A stretch of DNA of 64,000 nucleotides from a virus (IMGVR_UViG_3300044729_001198:64001-128000), one strand, 5' to 3'. Shown: positions 25,871 to 38,657, counted from the first letter of the stretch. The notes: generated by a model not told the origin, from the sequence alone. Numbers and translations are program-made.

Positions 25871-25985
25871 ACACTTTTTCCGATATTTGTCATCTTGTCA
25901 TGGTGCTGATGAGGAGATTATGGGATATAAGGGCATAAAAAAAGGTGGGATTGCCCACCAAGTTTTCGTGATAAATCTTCAGCCC

Positions 25986-26183
25986 CTAATCAATCCATGG
26001 GTTAGAGGTATAGTATTTCTTACGTTTCCTCTCCATGTCCCATATGTGTAACAACTGACCTTGTAAATGGTCAAGTGTACCCTTATCCAGCTCTTTTATA
26101 GGGATTATTCTTGTTTCGGTCAGGGCTTCAATGATTAATGAGTCCCCTCTGAACTGAACGGAAATTATTTCATTATTAATCAT
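25986..26183 (-). CDS. hypothetical protein
   Basis: 65-aa ORF. Confidence 0.45.
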   Translation of the reverse strand: MINNEIISVQFRGDSLIIEALTETRIIPIKELDKGTLDHLQGQLLHIWDMERKRKKYYTSNPWID

Positions 26184-26535
26184 AATATCCCATCTGGCCT
26201 AATACCCATAGGTATATCATCATACTACCTATTACTACTACTCCTAATACTATGAGTTCTTTTACTGGAAACTTTTTCATCTTTGTGTTTCTTCCTTTTA
26301 TTAGCTAATTTATTATTAGATAGTTTTACTATCACCCAAATTACCGGCCATATTGCCACTCCTGCAACCATGACCATTCCAACTGACTATCTCCATGGTT
26401 CTGGCCTTGTTCTTACCACCTCTTCACCATTTACTTCCTTGAGACACTCTTTTCTCCATCGGTTCAACTCTTCACGTTGTTGTTCGGTGAGGTTTGGGTC
26501 GTGGATTGCTTGATAGTATCGGGTGTTCCAATATT

Positions 26536-27054
26536 CTAATTCTTCAATGAGTTCCATAGCTCTATGTCCTTTCTATATATTAATCTGATTAGTTCATCGG
26601 TTTTATCATCAATTTCCACATGAATCTTATCATGGGTTTTGTTTGAGTGTTTGAGTGGTACATTGAAATGTTTATTCCAATCGTTTTGTAGATTCTCAAA
26701 CTTTAATATGTGGTCTACTCGTATCTCTCCATCTATAGAGATAAAATCTACTTGTGGATGGAATACAAACTCATATTGTGATTTGTTGTATATCTTTAAT
26801 AATACTGATTTTAATTTATCGTATAAATCACCACGACCTGGCATCATATTCCAACCACTAACGGCTCTGTCCCATGGGTTTCTGATTACACAATAGGTTG
26901 GATATGGACTACGAACGTCTTGTAACTTCCAATGGTCGTGTGTGTTGTATTTACCATCTTGTGGTAGATTCTCATCATAAAGAGATTCCCATACGGAATA
27001 TGACCCCGCTTTGGGGATTCCTATAAATTGTACTTTATGATTGTGAAATATCAT
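26536..27054 (-). CDS. sulfotransferase (Sulfotransfer_2-like)
   Basis: FIGIPKAGSYS (5'-PSB), VIRNPWDRAVSGW (3'-PB), FHPQ, ILKFENL. Confidence 0.85.
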   Translation of the reverse strand: MIFHNHKVQFIGIPKAGSYSVWESLYDENLPQDGKYNTHDHWKLQDVRSPYPTYCVIRNPWDRAVSGWNMMPGRGDLYDKLKSVLLKIYNKSQYEFVFHPQVDFISIDGEIRVDHILKFENLQNDWNKHFNVPLKHSNKTHDKIHVEIDDKTDELIRLIYRKDIELWNSLKN

Positions 27055-27056
27055 AT

Positions 27057-27359
27057 CTAAAAGTGTGGATGCCAACTATCGTATTCGTCCGGCTCTAATC
27101 CATCTTGACTATCACCCCCACCCCATACTATTGTGGGTTTTGGATTTACTAACGTAACTAACTGGTAAGTAACTAACTCATCGGTAAGTTGGATTTGGAT
27201 GGTTTGGGCCTTGGAGAGGGTTTGGGCGACATTGAAGTTTGAGTCATTTAAGGAGATTTGGGCGACATCGCTAGATGTCCCCAAATTTTCTTTAGGACAC
27301 ACGAAATCGTCTCCGACCATTTCTATGTTGGGGTCGATGTTATTTTTTTGGATTGTCAT
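27057..27359 (-). CDS. hypothetical protein
   Basis: 100-aa ORF. Confidence 0.45.
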   Translation of the reverse strand: MTIQKNNIDPNIEMVGDDFVCPKENLGTSSDVAQISLNDSNFNVAQTLSKAQTIQIQLTDELVTYQLVTLVNPKPTIVWGGGDSQDGLEPDEYDSWHPHF

Positions 27360-27506
27360 ATTCTTGAGAAGATATATAAGGATTTTCTGAATAACTTACC
27401 CACATCTTGTAATCATGTTCTTGGTCTTCTACGATGTTAGGTTTTTTAATGGATTTCTGGCCGGCTTTTTTCTTATCGTGTATCTTACTGATAAGAGTTT
27501 TGATTT

Positions 27507-27920
27507 TCATGTGTTGGTCTCCTTGGATGGTTGAAAGAATGATAAATAACTACCTTTTATAATATGTATGACACTTTTACTTATTGGTGTGAATTTGTAG
27601 TTGTTTATTTCGTAAAAAGTTATAAATTTTACCTCTGAATGGGCATTTAGTCGGGGTTTACCACTCACGAAATTACATATCCAAGGATGTACCATCATAC
27701 CTTCCATTTCTCGTGGTGGTATCAAATAATGTGGATGAATATCAATCTCCATCTCTTCCATCCACTCACGTTTCAATCCATGCCACGAAGACTCATCAGT
27801 TGGGTCTATCTTACCACCGGGCAACTCCCATAGACCTGGATGATTCTTATTATCATCCATACGTCTACCTATAAGAAATTTATCTTCATTTCGAAGAGCA
27901 CCAAGTGTAATTTCTAACAT
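27507..27920 (-). CDS. NUDIX hydrolase (MutT/NudG-like)
   Basis: WELPGGKID..LKREWMEEM Nudix box. Confidence 0.9.
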   Translation of the reverse strand: MLEITLGALRNEDKFLIGRRMDDNKNHPGLWELPGGKIDPTDESSWHGLKREWMEEMEIDIHPHYLIPPREMEGMMVHPWICNFVSGKPRLNAHSEVKFITFYEINNYKFTPISKSVIHIIKGSYLSFFQPSKETNT

Positions 27921-28059
27921 TTGTCGTCTATAATCCCAATTTTTTCTGGTTCAATTCCTACTAACTTACCATCCTTTACGGATTTTATTAACATCTTTAA
28001 TGCGTATATCATATCCTTGGTATCTGAATTCCACAGGTATGATGCTAGTATTGAGTCTT

Positions 28060-28455
28060 TCATTTGTTTACAAATCCGTATTTTTCTCTAACTCTATCTG
28101 AAATAGGAATAGCATCACCATTTTCATCAATTCTTACGAATACGATGTTTGTTGATAACACCGGCACTTGTTTACCGGTGTATACGTTGTGAGCTCTTGC
28201 CTCCATGTATAATGTCAATGATGTATTACCAATACTATCAACCCTTCCATAGATTTTCAATAATTGACCTTCCTTAGCGGGTTTTTTAAATATACACTCG
28301 TCAATCTTGATTGTCACCATTCGTGGTGAATCTGCTACTTGCATGGCCATAGCAGCACCTGCCGCATCTAACCAAGCCAAGAGCTTCCCACCAAATAAGT
28401 TGGCGTGGAAGCCCAAGTCCGTTTTTTTGATAGGATGGGTTGAAATTAACTCCAT
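28060..28455 (-). CDS. hotdog-fold acyl-CoA thioesterase (YciA-like)
   Basis: NLFGGKLLAWLDAAG, GNTSL, FVRID. Confidence 0.9.
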   Translation of the reverse strand: MELISTHPIKKTDLGFHANLFGGKLLAWLDAAGAAMAMQVADSPRMVTIKIDECIFKKPAKEGQLLKIYGRVDSIGNTSLTLYMEARAHNVYTGKQVPVLSTNIVFVRIDENGDAIPISDRVREKYGFVNK

Positions 28456-29048
28456 TATCTACACTTACATTTATATTGATTCAAGTCTGATGTTGTAGGT
28501 GCTACATTCTTGAAATAGTAGCAGTATTTTTGATTACCCACTTTTAGTTCTTTGTAGAACCCACTTGGAATAGCTGCGCCTGCTGGTACTCGTGGTGGAT
28601 TGGGTGCGAATTCAATTCGAATATATACATCAACTTGTGCCGTTCGAGCCCACTCTCGTTCTTGAATCTCTAACTTCTTCCATACACCACGATTCAATGA
28701 TTGTTGTTGTAGAGCTGAATTCATATAACTAAAAGTTTCCCACAACATATCCTTATTACAATTCAATGAAGCGGCTGGAGCCATGTGACCCTTGTCCCAT
28801 TCATTATTTACATAATCTGCGTTATCCGATGTGACAATTCCCTTTTCGGTAAAGAAATCCATCCCAGCTCTTGAAGCCGTACCATTTGGACAAGCGACAT
28901 TGTAATATGCTGCTTTTGGTTGTTGTAACACCTCTGAATAGATAATTCTATAATATGGCGTATTCCAATCAATAGAATCTTGGAGTTGTTGAGCGAATGT
29001 GGTTACTGATAACAGTAACGAGAGTAAAAATAGTGTTGTTTTTTTCAT
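28455..29048 (-). CDS. exported DNA/RNA non-specific endonuclease
   Basis: Signal peptide ending FA-QQ; WDKGHMAPA, FSYMNSALQ..LNRGVWKKLE. Confidence 0.9.
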   Translation of the reverse strand: MKKTTLFLLSLLLSVTTFAQQLQDSIDWNTPYYRIIYSEVLQQPKAAYYNVACPNGTASRAGMDFFTEKGIVTSDNADYVNNEWDKGHMAPAASLNCNKDMLWETFSYMNSALQQQSLNRGVWKKLEIQEREWARTAQVDVYIRIEFAPNPPRVPAGAAIPSGFYKELKVGNQKYCYYFKNVAPTTSDLNQYKCKCR

Positions 29049-29058
29049 TTTATATCAT

Positions 29059-29634
29059 TTATTGTTCGTTGTAGTCATCATCAACCCAAGTCACATCTTC
29101 AAGAGCTTCATCACGACACCCACATCGTGATTCGTCTGCAATCTCATGAAATTCAGCACAAGCATCAAAATACTCATCCTCATTTTCAAATGCGTCTCGG
29201 TCTGGATATTTTAGAGTTTCATCCGAGTATTCGTATAAGTCATCTACATTTTTGATAGCACCACCACCAACGAAGTTATATCCCTCATCCTCAAAGGTAC
29301 ATGACAGTACGACATTTGGGTCAACTTCATGTAGAATCTTATGAAGTCGTACAAAAGCACCACGACACCAATCCCATGCTGATGTGGTTTGTAATTCAAA
29401 ACCATCTTCAGAAATATCACAATCTTCGATGTGACACCACTTCGCACCCATTCGTGTAGTAAACACTTCACGGTCATAGTCTTCTCCGGCGTGTTCCGGA
29501 TACAAGGTATCATGGAATTTTTTAGAATCCCAAGAATCCAAATTTGATGAATCTCCAAACATTAGTTGGAGCTTTTGGTATACTTCGGGTGACCCCTCTT
29601 CTACCGAAATCCAAGTAGTAACGTGATTTGCCAT
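29059..29634 (-). CDS. YubB/DUF1281-like ferredoxin-fold protein
   Basis: MANHV..RMGAKW..TTSAWD..FEDEG; promoter at 29654-29685. Confidence 0.6.
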   Translation of the reverse strand: MANHVTTWISVEEGSPEVYQKLQLMFGDSSNLDSWDSKKFHDTLYPEHAGEDYDREVFTTRMGAKWCHIEDCDISEDGFELQTTSAWDWCRGAFVRLHKILHEVDPNVVLSCTFEDEGYNFVGGGAIKNVDDLYEYSDETLKYPDRDAFENEDEYFDACAEFHEIADESRCGCRDEALEDVTWVDDDYNEQ

Positions 29635-29752
29635 TTTTTTAAATTTATTTATACAAATATACGAAATTATTTTGAATTTTCCAAATCATTTTGAGAACCA
29701 CTTGGTTCTGATGCGGGGACGTAATCATCCCAATATACAAATACCCAACTCA

Positions 29753-30856
29753 TTAGTTTGACAATGGTGCTTTAATTGTTGGATGAGATTGGTAATTAAA
29801 TAACACAAAATCATCAGGTACAAATCCTTTTAAATCTTTATCATATTCACCTTCTCTATAATCTAAACATAAAGTAGGTAAGTCAAATGGTTCTCTTCCA
29901 ATTTGTTCTTTTGCTTGTTCAATGTGATTTGAATATAGGTGAACATCTCCTAAATTACCAATCAATTCATCGGGTATCATATTTACCTCTCTAGCAATTA
30001 TTTGGAGTAATAAACCATAAGAAGCGATATTGAATGGTAATCCTAAAAATGTATCTACTGAGCGTTGATTCCACATCAAGGAAATTGCTCTCTTTGGAAC
30101 TCGTAAACTATCCATATGAGAGTGGTGATAATCCATACTTCTACTCAATGGTTGTTTTGTTGAATTAAAGTATTCGATTCTTTCATCCAAATCTAATTCT
30201 CTGGTATATACTTGAAACCCATAATGACATGGTGGAAGAACCATTTGGTCTAATTCACCTACATTCCAAGCTGAAACCATTAATCGTCTTGAGTCTGGAT
30301 TATTTTTAAGGTCGTTGATTAGATTTTGGATTTGGTCAATATATTGTGTTCCTTTTACATACAAAGGTTCAACATCATCACCATCATCAATTTTTAATGT
30401 CGTTGGGATGGCAACCTCACTTTGCCACTCTCTCCATTGTGCTCCATAGATTGGACCTAATTCACCCCATCTATTAGCCCAATCATCATCAAGCTTAATT
30501 GCTTTAACGAAATCTTCTTCGGAAAGTTTTGGAACTGGTCCAAATGGTGAAGTTCTATTTGCTTCTTCGTTCCATTTTTCATAGTTCTTATAAGCATCAC
30601 CATTCCAAATATTACAATTGTTATTGACCAGGAATTTGATATTAGTATCACCACGAAGAAACCATAGCAGTTCCACCACCATGGTTTTGAATGCCATTTT
30701 CTTGGTAGTAATTAAAGGATATCCTTCAGACATTTTGTGTCTAATTTGACGACCAAATACTGAAATAGTTCCAGTACCGGTTCTGTCTTGTTTTTCTATA
30801 CCATTGTCCAAGATATCTTGAAGTAGGTTTTTATAGTTTTTATCGAGATTGTTCAT
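29753..30856 (-). CDS. thyA: thymidylate synthase
   Basis: DRTGTGT, YPLITTK, ELLWF, DSRR, LPPCH, QRSVD..GLPFNIASY, HLYSNH; no intron. Confidence 0.98.
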   Translation of the reverse strand: MNNLDKNYKNLLQDILDNGIEKQDRTGTGTISVFGRQIRHKMSEGYPLITTKKMAFKTMVVELLWFLRGDTNIKFLVNNNCNIWNGDAYKNYEKWNEEANRTSPFGPVPKLSEEDFVKAIKLDDDWANRWGELGPIYGAQWREWQSEVAIPTTLKIDDGDDVEPLYVKGTQYIDQIQNLINDLKNNPDSRRLMVSAWNVGELDQMVLPPCHYGFQVYTRELDLDERIEYFNSTKQPLSRSMDYHHSHMDSLRVPKRAISLMWNQRSVDTFLGLPFNIASYGLLLQIIAREVNMIPDELIGNLGDVHLYSNHIEQAKEQIGREPFDLPTLCLDYREGEYDKDLKGFVPDDFVLFNYQSHPTIKAPLSN

Positions 30857-30868
30857 ATAGTTAATATT

Positions 30869-33113
<2,245 letters not shown>

Positions 33114-33725
33114 TTATTCTTCCTTTTTGTTTTTGTTGTATTTACTTTGTTCTTTTGCGATTGTTATTTGTTCGGCTCTCCACTCCGGCTGTTTACCTCG
33201 TAGATTACCTCGGAGATTATGAAAGCAATTATAACACAAGAATCTTAAATTTTCTCGTATATGATTGTGCCAGTCATCATCCATGTGGTCTAATACCAAT
33301 GGAATTGTTCCATCTGATATTCGTTTTTCATTATACCCACAACTATGACATTCATGTGGAAAATCTTCCAACTTATCAGCATTGTTAATCAATCTCTTTT
33401 TTAACAAATGGACTGAATAGTCAGGATACTTACCATCTAAAATATCTTGTAGAGCATACCTACCCTTATCAACATTGTAGGGTTTTTTTACACCTTCACC
33501 CTTTTGGTTTTTATGTAAGTCCCAAAGAGTTTTTCCGGTGGTCTCGTCTTTATATACTTTGGAGTATTTTTGATAGGTCGTTAATGATACATTCAAGAAT
33601 CTAGCAGCACCAGAATTTGATTTAGAGTTCTTCATCGCATATCGAATCTGAGCCTCTGTCAAATTCATTGGGGTTCTACCCATCCCAAGAACATAACCAT
33701 TAGGTAATTTATGACCTTTTTTCAT
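33114..33725 (-). CDS. free-standing HNH endonuclease with N-terminal HTH
   Basis: CHSCGY..LDHMDDD..NLRFLCYNCF. Confidence 0.8.
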   Translation of the reverse strand: MKKGHKLPNGYVLGMGRTPMNLTEAQIRYAMKNSKSNSGAARFLNVSLTTYQKYSKVYKDETTGKTLWDLHKNQKGEGVKKPYNVDKGRYALQDILDGKYPDYSVHLLKKRLINNADKLEDFPHECHSCGYNEKRISDGTIPLVLDHMDDDWHNHIRENLRFLCYNCFHNLRGNLRGKQPEWRAEQITIAKEQSKYNKNKKEE

Positions 33726-33758
33726 TTATCGTAACTCCATTTATAATAAATACACGAT

Positions 33759-34007
33759 TTAATATTTTCGGATTATAGTTTGTAAAAATTCGAAATCAAA
33801 ATTGTTCATTAATTCATCCTTTTTCAATAACTTTGACTCAATATCATATAATCCTCTACGGTCATAGTATGCTTCAATACCATGAATGATTCGGTCATTC
33901 ATATAAGCATAAAACTTAACACTTTGAAAGATTCTTTTTTGTCTATTGAGTTCATTACCCAATAAATCGTTGAGTTTTTTGTTAGTTGTATAGATGTCTA
34001 CTTCCAT
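33759..34007 (-). CDS. hypothetical protein
   Basis: 82-aa ORF. Confidence 0.5.
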   Translation of the reverse strand: MEVDIYTTNKKLNDLLGNELNRQKRIFQSVKFYAYMNDRIIHGIEAYYDRRGLYDIESKLLKKDELMNNFDFEFLQTIIRKY

Positions 34008-34342
34008 AATACTTGAATTAATACAATAATTAAAGATAATCCTAAAGAAACAAGGGTTTTCGTGTTCATACCCTCATTCATAAAAAAGTAAGTCATTACA
34101 GTGAATGACACAATGCCCAATCCAAATCCAATGAATCTAACGGGCCACAAAGCGCCGTTGAAATACGGCACCATATACCGAGTTGAGGTTATAAATAGGA
34201 ATGATAATACAGACCCAAAGACCACGGATAAAATGATGGGGTTACGTCTAAACCAATCCCAAACAAATTGTCCGTTTGTCTGAATCCATACCAATGATTG
34301 ACCCATTAGCATCAGTACCATTCCTATAATTAAATTCCTCAA
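33998..34342 (-). CDS. 4-TM membrane protein (DMT-like)
   Basis: Four hydrophobic helices in 114 aa. Confidence 0.7.
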   Translation of the reverse strand: MRNLIIGMVLMLMGQSLVWIQTNGQFVWDWFRRNPIILSVVFGSVLSFLFITSTRYMVPYFNGALWPVRFIGFGLGIVSFTVMTYFFMNEGMNTKTLVSLGLSLIIVLIQVLWK

Positions 34343-34484
34343 TCCTCGTAATTTTCGTATTCAAACTCCGTGGATTGTTTTTCTTTTAACCACGATTCAT
34401 AATGATAAGCGTCATCGATGTAATCTTCAGATTCATCGGTAATTTCAGCTTCTCGGAGTTGTTCAAACCAACGCTTTGTTATAC

Positions 34485-34769
34485 TCATTTTACTTCTACC
34501 ATTAAGATTTCACCTTCACGATACAAATTGTATTTATCACCCTCAAGTTTGAGTTGGATACCTGTGTTTGGTACGATGATGGTATCACCGGCTTTTAAAG
34601 ACATTGGGATGAGATTACCATTTTGAGTATAGATTCCAGGTCCAACTGAAATAACCTCACCTCTCATTTGTTCTTTTACTGATTCGGGTCTATACAACCC
34701 ACCTTTGGTTTTTTCATCCTCTCGGATGATTTTTACTAAAACGTAATCGTTCAATGGTTTATAGTTCAT
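34485..34769 (-). CDS. groES: co-chaperonin GroES
   Basis: KPLNDYVLV, TKGGL, GEVISVGPG, REGEIL; promoter at 34789-34820. Confidence 0.97.
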   Translation of the reverse strand: MNYKPLNDYVLVKIIREDEKTKGGLYRPESVKEQMRGEVISVGPGIYTQNGNLIPMSLKAGDTIIVPNTGIQLKLEGDKYNLYREGEILMVEVK

Positions 34770-34823
34770 AACTTTCCTTTAATTTTAACAAATATACGAA
34801 ATTAATTTGACATATCCAAACAT

Positions 34824-35282
34824 CTACCAAAAATCCCCATTCACAAAGTCTTTTTGGCGTCTTGCTTGTTTTTTTAGAGCAACCTTGTCGTCATTAGATA
34901 ACTCCTTACTTTTTACTTTTTTATTAACAATTGGTACTTCTTTTTTAGGACGTGACCTAGCAACCTCATTTAAAATACGAGTACGTTCGGCATCGGTCAT
35001 ACTACTTGTCAATACTGAAGAAACATAACAATATGGGTCTCGTGGGTCATCTAACTCAATATCATAATAAATACACCCAATTGTACTTACCGACCTAACT
35101 CTATAGGTGGCATATCCATCTTTTGTGAACTCCAACTTTTCAACATAAGCGAGTTCCTTAACACCAAACCATTTTATAGCAATCGGCTCATATGGTTGAT
35201 ATTGATGCTTCTTGCGTCTACGTTTATCTTTGTTTACGTTTCGTACTTTGGGTAATAATGGTTCTTTACTCATGACCACCAA
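34824..35282 (-). CDS. hypothetical protein
   Basis: 152-aa basic ORF. Confidence 0.6.
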   Translation of the reverse strand: MVVMSKEPLLPKVRNVNKDKRRRKKHQYQPYEPIAIKWFGVKELAYVEKLEFTKDGYATYRVRSVSTIGCIYYDIELDDPRDPYCYVSSVLTSSMTDAERTRILNEVARSRPKKEVPIVNKKVKSKELSNDDKVALKKQARRQKDFVNGDFW

Positions 35283-35647
35283 TTGTCTATATGTTTTTCT
35301 AAAAGTTTAAATAAAATACGTTTGGCCTTTTGATGTTGATTATAATGATATTCAACTACCCAGCGGTCATTAACAACATCACCACTCGGTAACCTATCAA
35401 ATAGTTGTTCAATGTAATATTCATTCTGAACCCTATCTAACAGTTTGAGTATGGTTTGTCCTCGTTGGTACTGATAATCAAACACCACAATTTCTTCTTC
35501 TTGAATGTGTTCGAGTTGAAACTCTATTTTCTTTTTCAGAATTTCATAAACATAGTAGTAATCCCAATCCCTATCTTTCCATATGATGGGAGCCCATCGA
35601 ATCATATTTCTAATACGACTCACAAATGTTTTAAATTTGTGTAACAT
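35270..35647 (-). CDS. conserved phage hypothetical protein
   Basis: IIWKDRDWDY..WWS. Confidence 0.7.
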   Translation of the reverse strand: MLHKFKTFVSRIRNMIRWAPIIWKDRDWDYYYVYEILKKKIEFQLEHIQEEEIVVFDYQYQRGQTILKLLDRVQNEYYIEQLFDRLPSGDVVNDRWVVEYHYNQHQKAKRILFKLLEKHIDNWWS

Positions 35648-35649
35648 GA

Positions 35650-36003
35650 TTAGATGTTGATGTTTTCGAGACCACCATTCTTTTCAACTTGGATAGCGAT
35701 AGCTCTTTGTTCTTCGGGACGTTCCTCACTTGAGTTGTTGATAAGGATACGTTCAGCACGACCAATTCCCATCACCAATTGGTGGAATGGAATACCCAAG
35801 TTTTTCATCTCGATTTCAGTAGTGTTTCGTAGGTATTCAGGTCGAGCGGTAGTCAACACAATGTGGTGACCTTCGTTATACCACTTGTTCATTTTCTCAA
35901 CAGCACCGGGCAGAGCACGACTGGTATGTGGGTTAATTTCTTCAAAACGGACTTGATGAACCAAAGTTCCGTCAATGTCACTAAAAATGGTCATGGGTTT
36001 CAT
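35650..36003 (-). CDS. HAD-family phosphatase
   Basis: IFSDIDGTL, LTTARP, RILIN. Confidence 0.85.
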   Translation of the reverse strand: MKPMTIFSDIDGTLVHQVRFEEINPHTSRALPGAVEKMNKWYNEGHHIVLTTARPEYLRNTTEIEMKNLGIPFHQLVMGIGRAERILINNSSEERPEEQRAIAIQVEKNGGLENINI

Positions 36004-36024
36004 ATTTCTCTCAATCATTACTAA

Positions 36025-36081
36025 CAAATATACAAATTATTTTTCATACTGCCAAACATTTCAATGTTAAGTTTATGTTAA
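36025..36081 (-). promoter_or_regulatory. Bacteroidota-type promoter with TGTTAA pair
   Basis: TTTG-N20-TATATTTG; TGTTAA at 36065/36076. Confidence 0.7.
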
Positions 36082-36260
36082 ATACACAATTTTTCACGGA
36101 GGCGTTTGATATGTTTACACTCGGAGTATCTACGGAATTGTCCAGCAGGACACTCACAACTAAATGACTTGTGTTCATATGAAGTCACTATATAATATTT
36201 GAGTTTTCCGGTCTTCTTGTCTCGGGAACCCATTTCTTTGTATTTCTGAATCCAACTCAT
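36078..36260 (-). CDS. SWIM zinc-finger peptide
   Basis: CECPAGQFRRYSECKHI; promoter at 36279-36310. Confidence 0.75.
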   Translation of the reverse strand: MSWIQKYKEMGSRDKKTGKLKYYIVTSYEHKSFSCECPAGQFRRYSECKHIKRLREKLCI

Positions 36261-36314
36261 AGTCTCAATCTTACTTTGTAAAGATACGAAACTATTTTGA
36301 TAATGCCAAATTTT

Positions 36315-36959
36315 TTATGCTTTTTTTGGAAAAATATTTGAAAGTTTGCTTTGCGTTGGTTTAGAATCCCACAAATTGTCAAAGTTATCCCACTTACCAT
36401 ATCCAAAGTTATCATAGTCTTGCTTGAATCTCTCATAGACCAACTCACGAAGTTCTACCTCATCCCAACTAACGTTCGATGGTACTTTCAGTCTTCCCAA
36501 ATTCATCTGGTCTATTACAATATCATTGGGCATAAATGGTAAATTGAATATGTCTTCAGACCAAGTTTCGGCATGAATTATATAATCAATTCGTGATTCA
36601 AATTGTGTAATAACTCTCCACTCCGATAAAGCATCACATCTTTCTAATGGGAATTTTTTAAGAGCATCCAAGGGGTCAGTCGTACCACTTGGTAATTCAG
36701 TACCATCCACTTGGTCATGTTTCCAATACGAAATCCATCTATAATATGGATGTCTAACTGAAACTATATGTAAATATTCATTAGGACATTCTTTGGGCCA
36801 ATTGTTTTCATGAGTAAACACGGGCCATCTCTGATTTGCTAATGGTGTTTGTATGTGTGGATTCAAATCACAATACTTACGAAACACTTCAGCCGTGCTT
36901 CTACTAGCAACCTTTGGTGGGCAATGCCAAACAAACCTATATTTGTGAGAATAATTCAT
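36315..36959 (-). CDS. sulfotransferase-like protein
   Basis: WHCPPKVASRS, VRHPYYRWISYW, D...FGY. Confidence 0.7.
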   Translation of the reverse strand: MNYSHKYRFVWHCPPKVASRSTAEVFRKYCDLNPHIQTPLANQRWPVFTHENNWPKECPNEYLHIVSVRHPYYRWISYWKHDQVDGTELPSGTTDPLDALKKFPLERCDALSEWRVITQFESRIDYIIHAETWSEDIFNLPFMPNDIVIDQMNLGRLKVPSNVSWDEVELRELVYERFKQDYDNFGYGKWDNFDNLWDSKPTQSKLSNIFPKKA

Positions 36960-37543
36960 TAAAGTTCGGTATCGAAGAAGAATGTCTGAAACAATCTACC
37001 ATCGTACAAATCTTGTCCAAAATAATCCAATGACATATGAAAATTATCACCACGATACATCACAAGTCTATTGTATCTATTAGCAAGTCTATCTACCAAT
37101 TCCCATTTAGTCATGTCTTGGGAATCTTTATATATTGACTTTAATACTTCTTGATTGTAAGTACCATCTTCATTTCGAGGCGCGGTGAACAATCCCGTTG
37201 GTTTGTGTTTGAATAATCCCGTACCGGAACTCAACGGAGCATCGGGTGTTAAATAACAAACAGCAGCCCACTTCGTAGTTTGGTCAGCATGAATCCAACT
37301 TCTATCTCTCGAAGTTGTATATTGATAAGCACCTGTGTATTGTTCTTCAGACCAATAAGTCACATTTCCATAAAAAGGTTTGACAACCGACTGAATGGTT
37401 TCTTTCATTGAGTCGTTCAGAAACGTTTGTGTTCTTGGTCCTGGATAATTTCCACGAACTGAAAAATCTTGTTGTAGAGCGAATTCTCTAACAGTGTCTA
37501 CGTCCGAGTAGAAATCATCAATAATGTAAGCTGATATTTGCAT
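36959..37543 (-). CDS. 2OG-Fe(II) oxygenase (DUF6445-like)
   Basis: WIHAD, AVCYLTP, NRLVMY..FH, RLFQTFF. Confidence 0.85.
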   Translation of the reverse strand: MQISAYIIDDFYSDVDTVREFALQQDFSVRGNYPGPRTQTFLNDSMKETIQSVVKPFYGNVTYWSEEQYTGAYQYTTSRDRSWIHADQTTKWAAVCYLTPDAPLSSGTGLFKHKPTGLFTAPRNEDGTYNQEVLKSIYKDSQDMTKWELVDRLANRYNRLVMYRGDNFHMSLDYFGQDLYDGRLFQTFFFDTEL

Positions 37544-37560
37544 AACTAATTTTGGTTTGT

Positions 37561-38481
37561 TTATTTCATGTTTGCTGTGATTGATTCGGGAGCATTACCT
37601 TTAATCCAACCGAATAAAGTATCTTTCCACAATTTTTCTGGCAAGATAGAACCACCTGCCTTTTTAACAGGCAATGATAAGAATCCCTTGGTAGCACCGG
37701 TTAATTTATTACCATCTTTGTCGTAATAAAATACAGTATGTTCAGGATTGTTTAGAATCACATCAACTCTACCATTCATGCCCTTTGGCATGGCTTTAGT
37801 GACAAGCCCCCAAACAGTATTAGCAGCACCCTCATGAGTACCTAAAAGAATATCTTCAGGAACTACCCGTGACCTACCTTTGTTATTTTTAAGTGCAATA
37901 TTGTAATTAGTCAATACCCATGTCAAGTGAATGTTTTCTGGCTTGTAACCAGCTTCTTCCAACTCTACCATGTACTCGGTGATTGAACTAACTTTCTTTG
38001 CAGTAATATCAAATAAGATGTTCGGTAATACTTCAGGATTATCTTTACCAGCCAATAGAGCAGTTAATGTCTTATCCTTCAAGCCCATTGCATCTACAAT
38101 CGTATGTAGTGCGTACACATTCTCCGGCTTTCTCATATCCCACTTGTAGAACGGAACACCTTTATCTTTAACTAATTGAATTTTCTCCATGTCTGATGGA
38201 GTTATATTTTTACCAAATCTTTTTAAGACGTTATTAAGGTTTAGCTTTTTTAATCGATTCAACTTTTGAAGATTGCTTTTCATAGCATCCACATCACGGA
38301 CTTTGAATCCAGCCGAATCAATAAAGTTATCAATAGCCCAACCCTTACCACTACCAGCACCACCGGCAAGGAATACCACTTGACCATATGGTTTTCTATT
38401 ATTGTAAGTAATCAGTTTTTCATCAAGTTGTTCTTCCTTGATTACTTCTAATATAAATTTTGCAAGATTTGGGAATTTCAT
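37561..38481 (-). CDS. zeta-toxin-like P-loop kinase
   Basis: FLAGGAGSGK, DVD, LFDIT, RSRVVP. Confidence 0.75.
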   Translation of the reverse strand: MKFPNLAKFILEVIKEEQLDEKLITYNNRKPYGQVVFLAGGAGSGKGWAIDNFIDSAGFKVRDVDAMKSNLQKLNRLKKLNLNNVLKRFGKNITPSDMEKIQLVKDKGVPFYKWDMRKPENVYALHTIVDAMGLKDKTLTALLAGKDNPEVLPNILFDITAKKVSSITEYMVELEEAGYKPENIHLTWVLTNYNIALKNNKGRSRVVPEDILLGTHEGAANTVWGLVTKAMPKGMNGRVDVILNNPEHTVFYYDKDGNKLTGATKGFLSLPVKKAGGSILPEKLWKDTLFGWIKGNAPESITANMK

Positions 38482-38657
38482 TTATTTTCCTTGGTTTTGT
38501 AGGGAAACACTTTGTTTAGAGTTTGTTGCCTAGCAGCACAACCACAATCTTCTGCCCCAACGGCTTTAGCTATTTGTTCTGCTAATACATCTAATTTTGT
38601 AGCTGATGTAATTTTAGCTATTGTATCACCAAGTCCTTTAGATTGATTCGTTTCCAT
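38478..38657 (-). CDS. 59-aa conserved phage peptide
   Basis: SKGLGDTIAK..EDCGC..R..LN..FPY; not in ORF track. Confidence 0.6.
   Translation of the reverse strand: METNQSKGLGDTIAKITSATKLDVLAEQIAKAVGAEDCGCAARQQTLNKVFPYKTKENK

Noticed and set aside
29753-30856. Intron or intein in thyA
   Set aside because: The frame is continuous and the extra length consists of short in-frame insertions with no splicing motifs
34339-34488. Apparent frameshift extension of groES into an acidic tail
   Set aside because: Re-reading shows a normal 49-aa ORF (MSITKRWFEQLRE...) starting at the ATGA overlap, so no frameshift is needed
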